Source: Candidatus Uhrbacteria bacterium (GTDB lineage Bacteria > Patescibacteriota > Patescibacteriia > UBA9934). Taken from it: DNA of 64,000 nt. Position 1 is the first letter of the stretch; the number at the start of each line of letters is the position of its first letter. Positions 8,758 to 18,400 of the stretch are shown here, piece by piece. The stretch covers positions 70,226-134,225 of the forward strand of contig CAWGHH010000004.1 in the NCBI GenBank assembly GCA_963822405.1. The letters run 5' to 3'. A program made the position numbers and the translations under genes. The notes below the pieces were generated by a model that was not told the origin of the DNA, ran no database searches, and saw only the letters and a program-made list of their open reading frames with translations.

Positions 8758-11150
8758 CACACTACGAAGTTCACGATTTTGTTTTTAACAACGATTGTCT
8801 TCTTTGGTTCACTGGTCAAAAACTTCTGCACGTTCTGATCGGCCTTCGCGACCGCAACCACTTCGTCGTCCGCAGAATCTGGGGGCACGGAGATTGTGCC
8901 GCGGAGTTTGCCGTTTACTTGAACAGAGATCGTTACGGCTTCGTCGACGAGTAAAGCAGGATCCACTCCAGGCCAAGCTTGCGCCTCTACAAATCCTTCA
9001 TGCCCAAGCTGTTCCCAAAGTTCGTTTGCGAGATGCGGAGCGAACGGCACCAATAGAAGAAGAAACTTTTCAAAACTTTCTTTTGAAACGCCTTTTTCCT
9101 GAGCCTCGTTCACAAAGATCATGAGGGAAGAGATCGCCGTATTGAAACGGAAACCGGCGATGTCGTCTGTGACTTTTTTGATGGTTTTATTCAATGTGCG
9201 ATCGATCGAGAGAGGGTCGACATTGAAGTCGACCCCTACGCGCTCGGATAACCTCGCGATCTTGTCCAAAAATCGACGAACGCCAATCACGCCATTTGTA
9301 TTCCATGGCACTGGCTCCTCAAATGGTCCCATGAACAACTCGTACACGCGCAAAGTATCCGCACCGAATTCTTTTACAATTTCGTCAGGGTTCACTACGT
9401 TACCTTTTGACTTACTCATCTTTGTTCCGTCCTCAGACATGATGAGGCCATGGGAATGGCGACGAACATATGGCTCACTCGCCGGCACCAATCCTTGATC
9501 AAATAAAAACTTGTTCCAGAACCGTGAGTACAACAAGTGAAGCGTGGTGTGCTCCATGCCACCATTATACAAGTCGACTGGCATCCAGTATTTAAGTGCT
9601 TCTTTCGACGCAAACGCGTTGTCATTATGCGGATCCGCGTAACGCAAGAAGTACCAGCTCGAGCCAGCCCAGTTAGGCATAGTGTCGGTTTCGCGCTTCG
9701 CCGGTCCTCCACATTGAGGACATGCTGTGTTCACAAATGACTCGATAGAAGCGAGAGGAGATTCGCCGTTGTCAGTTGGTTCGTAACGTTCGACTTGAGG
9801 GAGTTCCACGGGGAGTTGAGAGTCGGGAATCGCAACCCAACCACCCTGAGACTCCCCCGTAGCCCCCTCTTGGAAAGAGGGGGAATGTGCACCGTCCTGA
9901 TCACCCTGAGCACAATGCTCGCAGTAGACTAGGGGGATCGGCTCGCCCCAGTAGCGTTGACGGGAAAAGACCCAGTCGCGGAGTTTGAAGGTGGTTTTCT
10001 TAGTACCACCTGACTTAACTATGGCCTCGTCGAACGATACGAGTGGCTTATCGACAATTGACAACTCGAAGGTCTCGGCGAACGCTCGATCACGTTCATC
10101 GTGTTGCGGAACAGCCATAACTGCGCCGGTGCCATAATGGCCAAGTACGTAATCAGCAACCCAAACCGGAACTTTTTCACCGTTAAAAGGGTTGGTCACA
10201 AATGAACCAGTAAACACGCCGGTTTTTTCTTTCGTGTCGTCGCCACGTTCAATCTCTGTTTTCTTTTTTACATCCGCAAGATATTTCGCAACTGCCTTCT
10301 TCTGTTCATCGGTAGTTAGTTTCTCGACCAATGAATGTTCGGGAGCGAGAACCACATAAGTGACGCCATCGATCGTGTCGGGGCGGGTTGTAAATACCCG
10401 GAGGGGGCCGACATCGAAGTCGGCCCGTACGACCCCCTCTGCTCCCCCTAAAAGGGGGAAGGTGATTTCGGCGCCCTCGCTTCGGCCGATCCAGTCTTCC
10501 TGTTGCTTTTTAATCTTTGGCAAATAGTCGACGTCCTTAAGGTCGTCGATCAAACGGTCGGCATACTTGGTGATGGCAATCATCCACTGCTCCTTCTCGC
10601 GCTTTTCAACGGGTGTACCACAGCGTTCGCAGCAACCGCCGACAACTTCCTCGTTCGCCAAACCAATCTTGTCTTTAGGGCACCAGTTGATCATGGTCTT
10701 CGCTTTATAGGCGAGACCAGCTTTAAAAAACTGCAAAAACTGCCACTGCGTCCAACGATAATATTTTGGATCAGTTGTATTGATCTCCCTCGACCAGTCA
10801 AAACTAAAACCAATAGATTGAAGTTGGCGACGGAAATTATCGACGTTTGTCTTAGTGACAACGGCCGGATGAACACCCATCTTTATGGCGTAATTTTCCG
10901 TCGGCAATCCAAATGCGTCCCAACCCATTGGGAACAAAACATTTTTGCCTTCCATTCTTTTCTTTCGAGCGACAACATCAAGTGCGGTATAACTGCGCGG
11001 ATGACCCACGTGAAGTCCCTCGCCGGACGGATAAGGAAACTCGACCAAAACATAATACTTGTCTTGACCCGAATCCTTCGCGTGAAAAATGCCAGAATCT
11101 TCCCAACGCTTCTGCCACTTGGGATCAATCAAAGAATGGTTGTAGGACAT
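8757..11150 (-). CDS. leuS: Leucyl-tRNA synthetase
   Basis: Begins MSYNHSLIDPKWQKRWEDSGIFHAKDSGQDKYYVLVEFPYPSGEGLHVGHP with HIGH and KMSKS (KMSKSKGN) motifs. TGA stop. Contains two family A and two family B repeats in-frame. Confidence 0.95.
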   Translation of the reverse strand: MSYNHSLIDPKWQKRWEDSGIFHAKDSGQDKYYVLVEFPYPSGEGLHVGHPRSYTALDVVARKKRMEGKNVLFPMGWDAFGLPTENYAIKMGVHPAVVTKTNVDNFRRQLQSIGFSFDWSREINTTDPKYYRWTQWQFLQFFKAGLAYKAKTMINWCPKDKIGLANEEVVGGCCERCGTPVEKREKEQWMIAITKYADRLIDDLKDVDYLPKIKKQQEDWIGRSEGAEITFPLLGGAEGVVRADFDVGPLRVFTTRPDTIDGVTYVVLAPEHSLVEKLTTDEQKKAVAKYLADVKKKTEIERGDDTKEKTGVFTGSFVTNPFNGEKVPVWVADYVLGHYGTGAVMAVPQHDERDRAFAETFELSIVDKPLVSFDEAIVKSGGTKKTTFKLRDWVFSRQRYWGEPIPLVYCEHCAQGDQDGAHSPSFQEGATGESQGGWVAIPDSQLPVELPQVERYEPTDNGESPLASIESFVNTACPQCGGPAKRETDTMPNWAGSSWYFLRYADPHNDNAFASKEALKYWMPVDLYNGGMEHTTLHLLYSRFWNKFLFDQGLVPASEPYVRRHSHGLIMSEDGTKMSKSKGNVVNPDEIVKEFGADTLRVYELFMGPFEEPVPWNTNGVIGVRRFLDKIARLSERVGVDFNVDPLSIDRTLNKTIKKVTDDIAGFRFNTAISSLMIFVNEAQEKGVSKESFEKFLLLLVPFAPHLANELWEQLGHEGFVEAQAWPGVDPALLVDEAVTISVQVNGKLRGTISVPPDSADDEVVAVAKADQNVQKFLTSEPKKTIVVKNKIVNFVV
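9208..9239. repeat. Family A element inside leuS, in-frame (encodes GVDFNVDPL)
   Basis: GAGAGAGGGTCGACattgaaGTCGACCCCTAC within the leuS reading frame. Confidence 0.8.
9841..9910. repeat. Family B element inside leuS, in-frame (encodes SPSFQEGATGESQGG), bounded by 9-bp direct repeats CACCCTGAG
   Basis: CCCCCTCTTggAAAGAGGGGG core. Direct repeats at 9842-9850 and 9902-9910. Confidence 0.75.
10401..10463. repeat. Composite family A variant (GGGCCGACatcgaaGTCGGCCC) + family B element inside leuS, in-frame
   Basis: Encodes …RADFDVGPL… and …FPLLGGAEG… in LeuS. Adjacent CCCCCTAAAAGGGGG hairpin. Confidence 0.75.
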
Positions 11151-11165
11151 ACGTCCGCCATCCTA

Positions 11166-11519
11166 CTATGAAGCCTTCCCGCCTTCAACCGCATATCCCG
11201 CTTCCATCCAACCCATAAGTCCTCCCGTGAGTCTGATCAACTTTGTGTACCCCGCAGCTGCCAGCACATCCGTGGCCTGCGAGCCCTTACCAAGTTCGTC
11301 AAATTCGCCATAAACAATAATAGTCGCGTCCTTGTCTTTGAGGACATCGGCGCAAGTTTCATCGCACTTATCGCTCATGGGAATATTCACCGCCCCTGGA
11401 ATATGACGGTGCTCGAACTCATGCGGATCTTGAAGATCAACTAGCGTAAACGCCTCGCCTGCCTCGATCTTTGCTTTCAGATCCTGAACGGAGAGAGTAT
11501 CCATAATAAAATGCTTCAT
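11166..11519 (-). CDS. Rhodanese-domain protein (sulfurtransferase)
   Basis: Rhodanese fold sequence with catalytic Cys context (…IIVYGEFDELG…). Start at MKHFIMD (ATG 11517-11519). The longer ORF extension runs through a family C hairpin and is rejected. Confidence 0.7.
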   Translation of the reverse strand: MKHFIMDTLSVQDLKAKIEAGEAFTLVDLQDPHEFEHRHIPGAVNIPMSDKCDETCADVLKDKDATIIVYGEFDELGKGSQATDVLAAAGYTKLIRLTGGLMGWMEAGYAVEGGKAS

Positions 11520-11526
11520 GGGACTA

Positions 11527-11588
11527 CGAATGTCCTCGTTAAAATTTGGAGTCGGATTACCTCCTGGCAAATTTTTCCGAGAACATTC
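11527..11588. repeat. Family C hairpin between the GDH-like gene and the rhodanese gene
   Basis: Arms CGAATGTCCTCG / CGAGAACATTCG around AAATTTgGAGTCGGATTACCTCCTggcAAATTTTT. Confidence 0.65.
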
Positions 11589-11596
11589 TTCGTCCA

Positions 11597-12808
11597 TTAA
11601 TTGATAGACTTTGCGGATAGTATACGATCAATTGCCCTAAGAAATGCTCCGCGGCGCAAATCAGTGTGATATTTTTCACTCATAGTCCAAGTGTCCAGCG
11701 CAGCCGCCTCCATGCGCTCCTTCAGCATTTCGTCGACCTTCTCTGCCGTCCAAACCTCATTCTTCATATTCTGATCCCACTCGAAATAGCTGACCGTCAC
11801 TCCCCCGCTATTAGCAAGAATATCCGGGATTACAACGACTCCTTTACCCAACAAAATATCATCAGCCTCTACAGTTGTTGGACCATTAGCAAGTTCAAGA
11901 ACAACTTTTGCTTTTATTCTTGACGCATTCTCTTCGGTAATTTGATTTTCAAGCGCAGCCGAAACAAGCACTCCACACTCAAGTTCAAGCAACTCGGCAT
12001 TCGAAATCTGTTGGGCGCCAGGAAAACCGACAAGCGATCCCGTCGATGTTTTGTATGCGTGCACCGCCGGAACATCAAGTCCCGCTTCTGAATAGATCCC
12101 GCTCTTCGAGTCCGAAACTGCTACTACTTTGACCTCGTGTCTCACACAAATATCGGCAAAAGTAGCCCCTGCATTTCCAAATCCCTGAATCGCTACCGTA
12201 AATGTTTCTGGATCCAGGAATAGCTTCTCTTTCAACGCAGACAACACATACCAGCCTCCCATAGCTGTGGCCGTATCTCGACCGAGTGATCCGCCATGTT
12301 CGATACTCTTCCCAGTGACAACGGCTGGGTGACCAAATTCTTCCGCAATAATATCCATCTCTCTGCTGGTTGTGTTTACATCCGGTGCCGGCACGTCGAT
12401 AGTTGGTCCGAGCACATCACGAAACGTTTTTGCATACGCGCGCGCGACCTCATCCTTTTCTCGTACTGACAACGTTTTTGGATCAACAGCCACCCCCCCT
12501 TTTCCGCCACCCATCGGAATATTCGCCACAGCTGTCTTGAATGACATGAGTGCCGCCAGCGTCTTCACTTCGTCTTGATCAACATTCGGGTGAAAGCGAA
12601 TTCCGCCCTTGTACGGACCTCGCCAATTGTTATGTTGGATTCGGTACGCAGATAGTTCGAGGCTAGAGCCATCATCCCGCGTAATAGAAAGTGATCGTAA
12701 GACTTCTTTCTGCGGCGCCTTAAGAACCTCTGCTTGAGTTGCCAACGCCTCATCAAATACTAAAGCCCGATCAAGCTGACGAATAAAATTCTGGTAAGAG
12801 TTTGACAT
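11597..12808 (-). CDS. Glu/Leu/Phe/Val dehydrogenase family protein (glutamate dehydrogenase-like)
   Basis: GGGKGG motif (IPMGGGKGGVAVDPK) and NAD-binding GFGNAG. Confidence 0.85.
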   Translation of the reverse strand: MSNSYQNFIRQLDRALVFDEALATQAEVLKAPQKEVLRSLSITRDDGSSLELSAYRIQHNNWRGPYKGGIRFHPNVDQDEVKTLAALMSFKTAVANIPMGGGKGGVAVDPKTLSVREKDEVARAYAKTFRDVLGPTIDVPAPDVNTTSREMDIIAEEFGHPAVVTGKSIEHGGSLGRDTATAMGGWYVLSALKEKLFLDPETFTVAIQGFGNAGATFADICVRHEVKVVAVSDSKSGIYSEAGLDVPAVHAYKTSTGSLVGFPGAQQISNAELLELECGVLVSAALENQITEENASRIKAKVVLELANGPTTVEADDILLGKGVVVIPDILANSGGVTVSYFEWDQNMKNEVWTAEKVDEMLKERMEAAALDTWTMSEKYHTDLRRGAFLRAIDRILSAKSIN

Positions 12809-12900
12809 AGGTTTGTAGAACTTCAGCGTACAGAGCCTAAGCCCATTTGAATACCAAGCATGTGGATGATGTATTATTCACCTATCTTGATGGCCATTTT

Positions 12901-13578
12901 ATGCACAAATATTTTCTATATTCAGGCGTAACTGCATCCCTAGTTCTCTGTCTGACTGGCGCGGTCTATGTCAACGCTCAAACTAACCGCATACTTCTTG
13001 ATAACCGCGCGATCATTAATACTAATCCGGTAGTGAATAAATATTTTACCAGTACCGGCACGTATTCCTCTGCAAATATTGATCCACAAACTGAACAAGG
13101 AACACTGTCAGCCAGCAAGACAGACGTCAAATATGGAAAAGTTATAACCGATTTCCTGATTACCCCGCAGACTACTTTTCTGAGAAAATATGGAGGCTCA
13201 ACTACCCTGAGTGATTTCAAGCTAGATGAAGAGCTATCAATCTACGCCCAACGAAATACTGACGGTTCGCTCACAGCAATTACCGTAACGGACAATAATC
13301 TTTGGTTCCTCGATCCCGTCATCTCGATTGGCGAAATATCAGCCATTGACCTTGAAAAAAATACTTTATCCGTCATAGATTCCGCCTCAAAGAAAACCTA
13401 TGCCGTAGCGTATACGGACGAAACTGACATCCAAAAACCAAAAGCTGTCTCTGGTACAGAATCAGACCTTGTGGTAGGAAAAAACATCCGCGTCCGAGGT
13501 TTGGTACGCAAAACAGGTTCAACCACTAACATTGAACAGGCGTACGTAATTTGGATTCTCCCCGAACACGGCGAATAA
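12901..13578 (+). CDS. Secreted hypothetical protein
   Basis: Signal-peptide-like MHKYFLYSGVTASLVLCLTGAVYVNAQ. ORF may start at 12847. Confidence 0.5.
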   Translation: MHKYFLYSGVTASLVLCLTGAVYVNAQTNRILLDNRAIINTNPVVNKYFTSTGTYSSANIDPQTEQGTLSASKTDVKYGKVITDFLITPQTTFLRKYGGSTTLSDFKLDEELSIYAQRNTDGSLTAITVTDNNLWFLDPVISIGEISAIDLEKNTLSVIDSASKKTYAVAYTDETDIQKPKAVSGTESDLVVGKNIRVRGLVRKTGSTTNIEQAYVIWILPEHGE

Positions 13579-13579
13579 C

Positions 13580-14512
13580 ATGAAAGACCCACTTCCAGCG
13601 GCACTACGCGAAAGGCTAATAAAACAATGGGGCACGGGAACCTATTCCGCCATGCTCCAGGCTTTTTCCGTTAACCGAAAACCAACTTTCCGCGTCAACA
13701 CATTAAAAGCCACGGACGAAGAAGTAATGAGCATTTTTCGTGATGAACAAATCATGTTCGAACGGATCAAAACCGTCCCTCACGCCTTCATGGTTAAGAA
13801 TTTAACGGATGACGAATTACTCGAGCGCCCCCTCACCAAAGAAGGGAAAATTTACATGCAGGGGGTTTCGTCGATGATTCCACCAATCGTTCTCCTTGAA
13901 GAGAGAGGGCCGACATCGAAGTCGGCCCCTACCACCGCGTTGCGGGTTCTTGATCTTTGCGCGGCGCCGGGATCGAAGACGACCGAGATGGCAATGATGA
14001 CAAATAACTCAACGGAAATTATTGCGACCGAGGATAACGAGGTACGTTTTCAAAAGCTCGAAAATACGATTCGGATACAAGGCGCAAAAGTTGACGCCCG
14101 ACATACGGATGGCACGCTTCTGCACAAAGAATTTCCGGAATATTTTGACAAGGTCTTGGTCGATGCTCCCTGCTCTGCTGAAGGTCGAATTAACATCAAT
14201 GAAAAACGGACTTTTGGCTATTGGTCAGAAAAAAATATTGTCGAGCATGCCAAACTCCAACGTCGGCTTCTACGAGCCGCTGTGAGCTGTCTCAAGCCCG
14301 GTGGAACACTCGTCTACTCTACCTGTACCCTTGCACCCGAAGAAAATGAAAAAATGGTCGAGTGGCTCATCACCGAGTTCCCCCAAATGAAACCCGCCGA
14401 AATCACACTCTCCCTCCAAAACATCAAAAAAACTGCTCACAAAACCATCACGATGTTGCCAGCCGAAAACATGGAGGGGTTCTTTGTGGCGAAACTGGTA
14501 AAGGCCTCATAG
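13580..14512 (+). CDS. 16S rRNA m5C methyltransferase, RsmB/RsmF (NOL1/NOP2/Sun) family
   Basis: LDLCAAPGSKT (SAM-binding) and DAPCSAEG / YSTCT catalytic Cys motifs. Family A repeat in-frame at 13901-13933. Confidence 0.8.
   Translation: MKDPLPAALRERLIKQWGTGTYSAMLQAFSVNRKPTFRVNTLKATDEEVMSIFRDEQIMFERIKTVPHAFMVKNLTDDELLERPLTKEGKIYMQGVSSMIPPIVLLEERGPTSKSAPTTALRVLDLCAAPGSKTTEMAMMTNNSTEIIATEDNEVRFQKLENTIRIQGAKVDARHTDGTLLHKEFPEYFDKVLVDAPCSAEGRININEKRTFGYWSEKNIVEHAKLQRRLLRAAVSCLKPGGTLVYSTCTLAPEENEKMVEWLITEFPQMKPAEITLSLQNIKKTAHKTITMLPAENMEGFFVAKLVKAS
13901..13933. repeat. Family A variant inside the rsmB-like gene, in-frame (encodes ERGPTSKSAPT)
   Basis: GAGAGAGGGCCGACatcgaaGTCGGCCCCTACC. Confidence 0.8.
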
Positions 14513-14525
14513 CCCAGAAGCGAAC

Positions 14526-14602
14526 GGGTAATGAGACATTATTCCCAAAAATTTGAGTCGGATTACCTCCTAAAAATTTTTAGAAACAATGTCTCATTAC
14601 CC
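14526..14602. repeat. Family C hairpin between convergent rsmB-like gene and 14666 ORF
   Basis: Arms GGGTAATGAGACATT / AATGTCTCATTACCC around AAATTTGAGTCGGATTACCTCCTAAAAATTT. Confidence 0.75.
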
Positions 14603-14665
14603 GAAAAGAAAAACCGTCCAAGCCACGAGGCTCGGACGGTCTGTTGCTGACGATGTACCTTGATG

Positions 14666-15406
14666 CTACTCGGCGGAGAGGGCAAGGCGCAGATGCGCGT
14701 TCACGAGACCGCGCCGACGAACTTCCGCGAGAACGTCCCGGGTAACCCAGACGAAATCGGCCTGAGCAGCTTCTTTCAGCTCGCCCACGTACCGGTCGGC
14801 CACTTCACGACTCGACATCTTGAGCACGGCGACCGCGTCCACCTTCTCGTAGAACCGCGCGCCGTCCTGGGGAGCGTCCTCCCACCTGGCATCCTTGAGC
14901 TCAGCGTCAAAGATGATGCCCGCGAGCGGAACCGACTGCACGCCCGACTCACCAGCGCGGAACTTGTTGTGCTGATCCAAGTTCCCCTGAGAGAACTGCA
15001 CGCTCGGGGCCATGAGCACCCGGGAGTTCGTGCCGTCTGCGAGCTTCACACCGATGTTGCCGATGTCCGCTTTTGCGCGGACGAGCACGAGTTGCGGCGG
15101 AAGCGGTGTCGCGGTGAGACGGATCTCATCATCACCGGTGACCACGATAGCCGCCTTCGCGTTCTGCTCGCCGGCGATCATCGGCTGCTTCCAGAACGGA
15201 ACTTCACGGCCGGCGACTTTCTTCGCCCACGCCCCGATCACCTGGAAGAACGAGCCATCCGGACGGAACAACTGCTTCCAGGAGATCTGCCACGCCGGTC
15301 CACAATCGGACAGGTTGCACGGCTCGACCTCCATAGCGAGCGCATTTGCCCGCTCGTTCAACCACGCCGCGAACGCCTCCCAATCGGTAAAAACGAGAAT
15401 AGCCAA
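14666..15406 (-). CDS. Hypothetical protein (246 aa) in a GC-rich island
   Basis: Local GC content is markedly above neighbours. The minus ORF has ordinary composition, whereas the overlapping plus ORF is Arg-rich and antisense-like. Confidence 0.5.
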   Translation of the reverse strand: MAILVFTDWEAFAAWLNERANALAMEVEPCNLSDCGPAWQISWKQLFRPDGSFFQVIGAWAKKVAGREVPFWKQPMIAGEQNAKAAIVVTGDDEIRLTATPLPPQLVLVRAKADIGNIGVKLADGTNSRVLMAPSVQFSQGNLDQHNKFRAGESGVQSVPLAGIIFDAELKDARWEDAPQDGARFYEKVDAVAVLKMSSREVADRYVGELKEAAQADFVWVTRDVLAEVRRRGLVNAHLRLALSAE

Positions 15407-15479
15407 GATCCACCTCGCGTGAAAAGGTTTCGCTAGGAAACCAAACGCTGGCGGAGGTTAGCTAAAAAAGAGAATGGTG

Positions 15480-18400
15480 TCAACGGAATAACCTTGAAAT
15501 ATTAGAAAATACAGGGATAGGCGATGCCCAACCAACGAGCCCTTCGATGTATTGAATGGTAAACCGCAGGAAGCTAGCGATACGCTCCGCTAGGTCAGCG
15601 CGTTTTACAAGGTTTGCGGTGTCGACCGTCGACGTACCATCAAGTGGAGTCCCGACGGTTAGGCGTCCGAATGATGTTGGATCAAGATCGATAATATAGT
15701 CAGCCCAATGAGCTCCAAAGAGTGCAGCTGCCAGTTCCTCTGTTGGAACCCAGTGAATAATTGGATTATCAATCGTAGCTTCGACATCAAATGCGTACAC
15801 CCTGGTTGAACCTGGAGTTTTCAGGAGAACTGTGCCGGGTTTTGGTGGCATTGGCTTGCCGAGCGCGTAACTCAAGAGCTTTTCATTAGTAATAACTTTG
15901 ACCACAGAAAAATCCTTCGCATAAGTGAAGAACTCAACTGCGGTAATGAACGAATGACGCACATCATTTTCATCAACAAAATAGACGATGGACGAATCAG
16001 GCGTTCTGATAAAGTTATTGAAAGTTTGCTTGACTATAGGCACAACGACAGGCGGTTCAACAATCGGACCTGATCCGGGAGATATCTCACAACCCACGGA
16101 AAGCGTCACTGTGTCTGAAATTGCTAACGATGTCTCGCCTGTTGCTGACCTAAATTGCACCGTCACTATCTTTTCACCAGCTCCAGAAGAAAGTGCCCAG
16201 GGGAGAGTCATTGTTCGAATAAAAACTCCGGAACTATTCGTGGTCACCGTAACAGTTTCGTCCACAACAAACGGAATAAAACTGCCTCCATCAATACTGA
16301 CCGCCGTTGCATTAGCTGCTCGCATTGTTAAAATTACATCCGAAGAAGAAACACATTGAACTCCATTAGCAATAACAACGCTCACATCAGTCGGACTTTC
16401 GCTCACGGAAGATCCTTGACCGGCGAGTGTGAAGACAACGGAATCCACAGCTGGATGGCTAGCAACACTATCAGTTTCTAGCGTCACCGCCAGATCGATA
16501 TTTGAAGTGGTCGGCATGAATCCGCCGGTAAGCGACCAGTTGGTACGCTTAACTGCGCCCAGCACTGTCCCGGTCATCCGGTTATTCGTCGGCCCATTCT
16601 CAACTGCCAGTGAAATTGCTTCTGCGGGAGTGTTCGTAGGAGCCGGAGTCCACACGCTAGCATCGTTTCGATAATACCAATTACCGTTCACTCCCCCATG
16701 ATCAGTTGCCAGACTCGACGCTATAGTTCGCCAAGAAGTCCCGAACACCTTAAAACTTTGTCGAGCGTCAAAAGAAATTGAATAGTCAGCATTTCCCCCA
16801 TCAAGCGATTCGCTGACCGTTGCCGAACCAATTCTATTTGTTCCAGTGAAGTCTATATTCGAGGAAGCAGTAGTTAGTGTTGTGTAGTACTTACCGGCGG
16901 GAGCAGCGCCAATTATTAATTGATCCAACTCATTTGTAGGATAGGAATTGTAACTCCAGAACGTATCGCTGCTTTGTAGAGCAAATTGTAGGAGACCACT
17001 ACTCATAGGATACGTAGCCAAGCGATCGCCGGTATTCGCATCAAAAACAATGAGGCTCGCCGACTCCCCTCCAGGAGGCCCAAGCTCAACAGGAGAATAA
17101 CCAACGTACACCCTGCCTAAAACCGTATCAATATCAAGACCTTGAGCGTAAGTACCGGTATCATATGAAGCTAGAACGTTTCCCGTCGCGGCGTCAACTT
17201 TTACCAACGGATCAACGCCGTCAGCTTCAAATGCAGACAGCACCCAAATAATATTATTCGTTGCATCGAAGCGAATTGAGTCGTCCCCGCTATCCGCATA
17301 TCCAGGAATGGGGTATGTACTCGCTGATAGCGTTCCGTTCGCAAACGTCCCTGTAGTTGCCGAGAATTTATATAGAGCGGTACTAAAAGTATTGCCACCG
17401 GAAATCCAAACAGCGTGCTGAACGGAATCATAAACGATTCCGTTTGCCTCAATACCCAAAACGATCGTATTGATCACCGCTCCATTAGTCGGATTAATTC
17501 TGACGAGTTTACTTGAGGGATATGTGACAACCCAAATCTCATCAAGGTCTGGGTTATACACTACATCCCATGCATGACCAGAAACAGAGAATGAACTTGC
17601 TCCAAGCGTCCCGAACGCGTAGTTACCCGTTCCCGCATCAAACGCAACTAATTTGTTACTATCATAATCAGCAAACCAAAGCCTGTTTCGCGTCGGATCA
17701 ATGGCGAAATTATACGAAGAACCTGTCATTGATTTTCTCGCTACTTCAAGACCAGTCGCCATAGAAACCTCTACTAAAGCTGGAACACCGGCGTTGCCCA
17801 ACCAAATACGTCCATTTGTTTCATCAGCCAAAATTCCACCGTGCCCGGCGCCGGCCGACAAGAGATTCAAACTCCCAACGGAAATACGCGCGGTGCTACC
17901 ACCGAGTTGAGCGGCATCAACCAGCTCTGAGGTACATGCAATCTTCGTAACCGTAGCGTCAACAAGCGTGAGATATATTTGGTCAGGAGGCGTTATGCCG
18001 TCTGTAAGAAGCACTTGTCCGGTAGTAATCGGGTCTACCCGTAGAATCCGATAATCAACTCCGCCAACCGTCACCCTACAACCCGGCAAGATCTTAGTAC
18101 CGGCAAGACTTACCGCAGATCCGCCATTTGCCGTACGGAAAACACCCTCGCCCTGATTTGTCCGGTCAAACCACGCGACGGTGCCTTTTACATCTTCTTC
18201 CGTTAACATTGCGCCATTATCAAAATCAACTGTCATCAAATCCCGATCATCGTCTTCAGTAAAAAGAGAAACATCCACGGGGTTCAGAACCCCGTAAAGC
18301 GTGTCAGTACTAGTAGGAACAGCGAGGATGATGGAGGAAGCAATGCCTCCGTCATCCGCGGTGTCATCAACGCCCGTAACAGTCACAGTCTGTGGCGTAG

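Noticed and set aside
11520-11597. N-terminal extension of the rhodanese ORF to 11597
   Set aside because: The extension runs through a family C hairpin element, and the conserved rhodanese sequence begins at MKHFIMD (11519).
14660-15436. 258-aa plus-strand ORF overlapping the 14666..15406 gene
   Set aside because: Arg/His/Pro-rich composition typical of antisense frames of GC-rich genes. The minus-strand ORF has normal composition.
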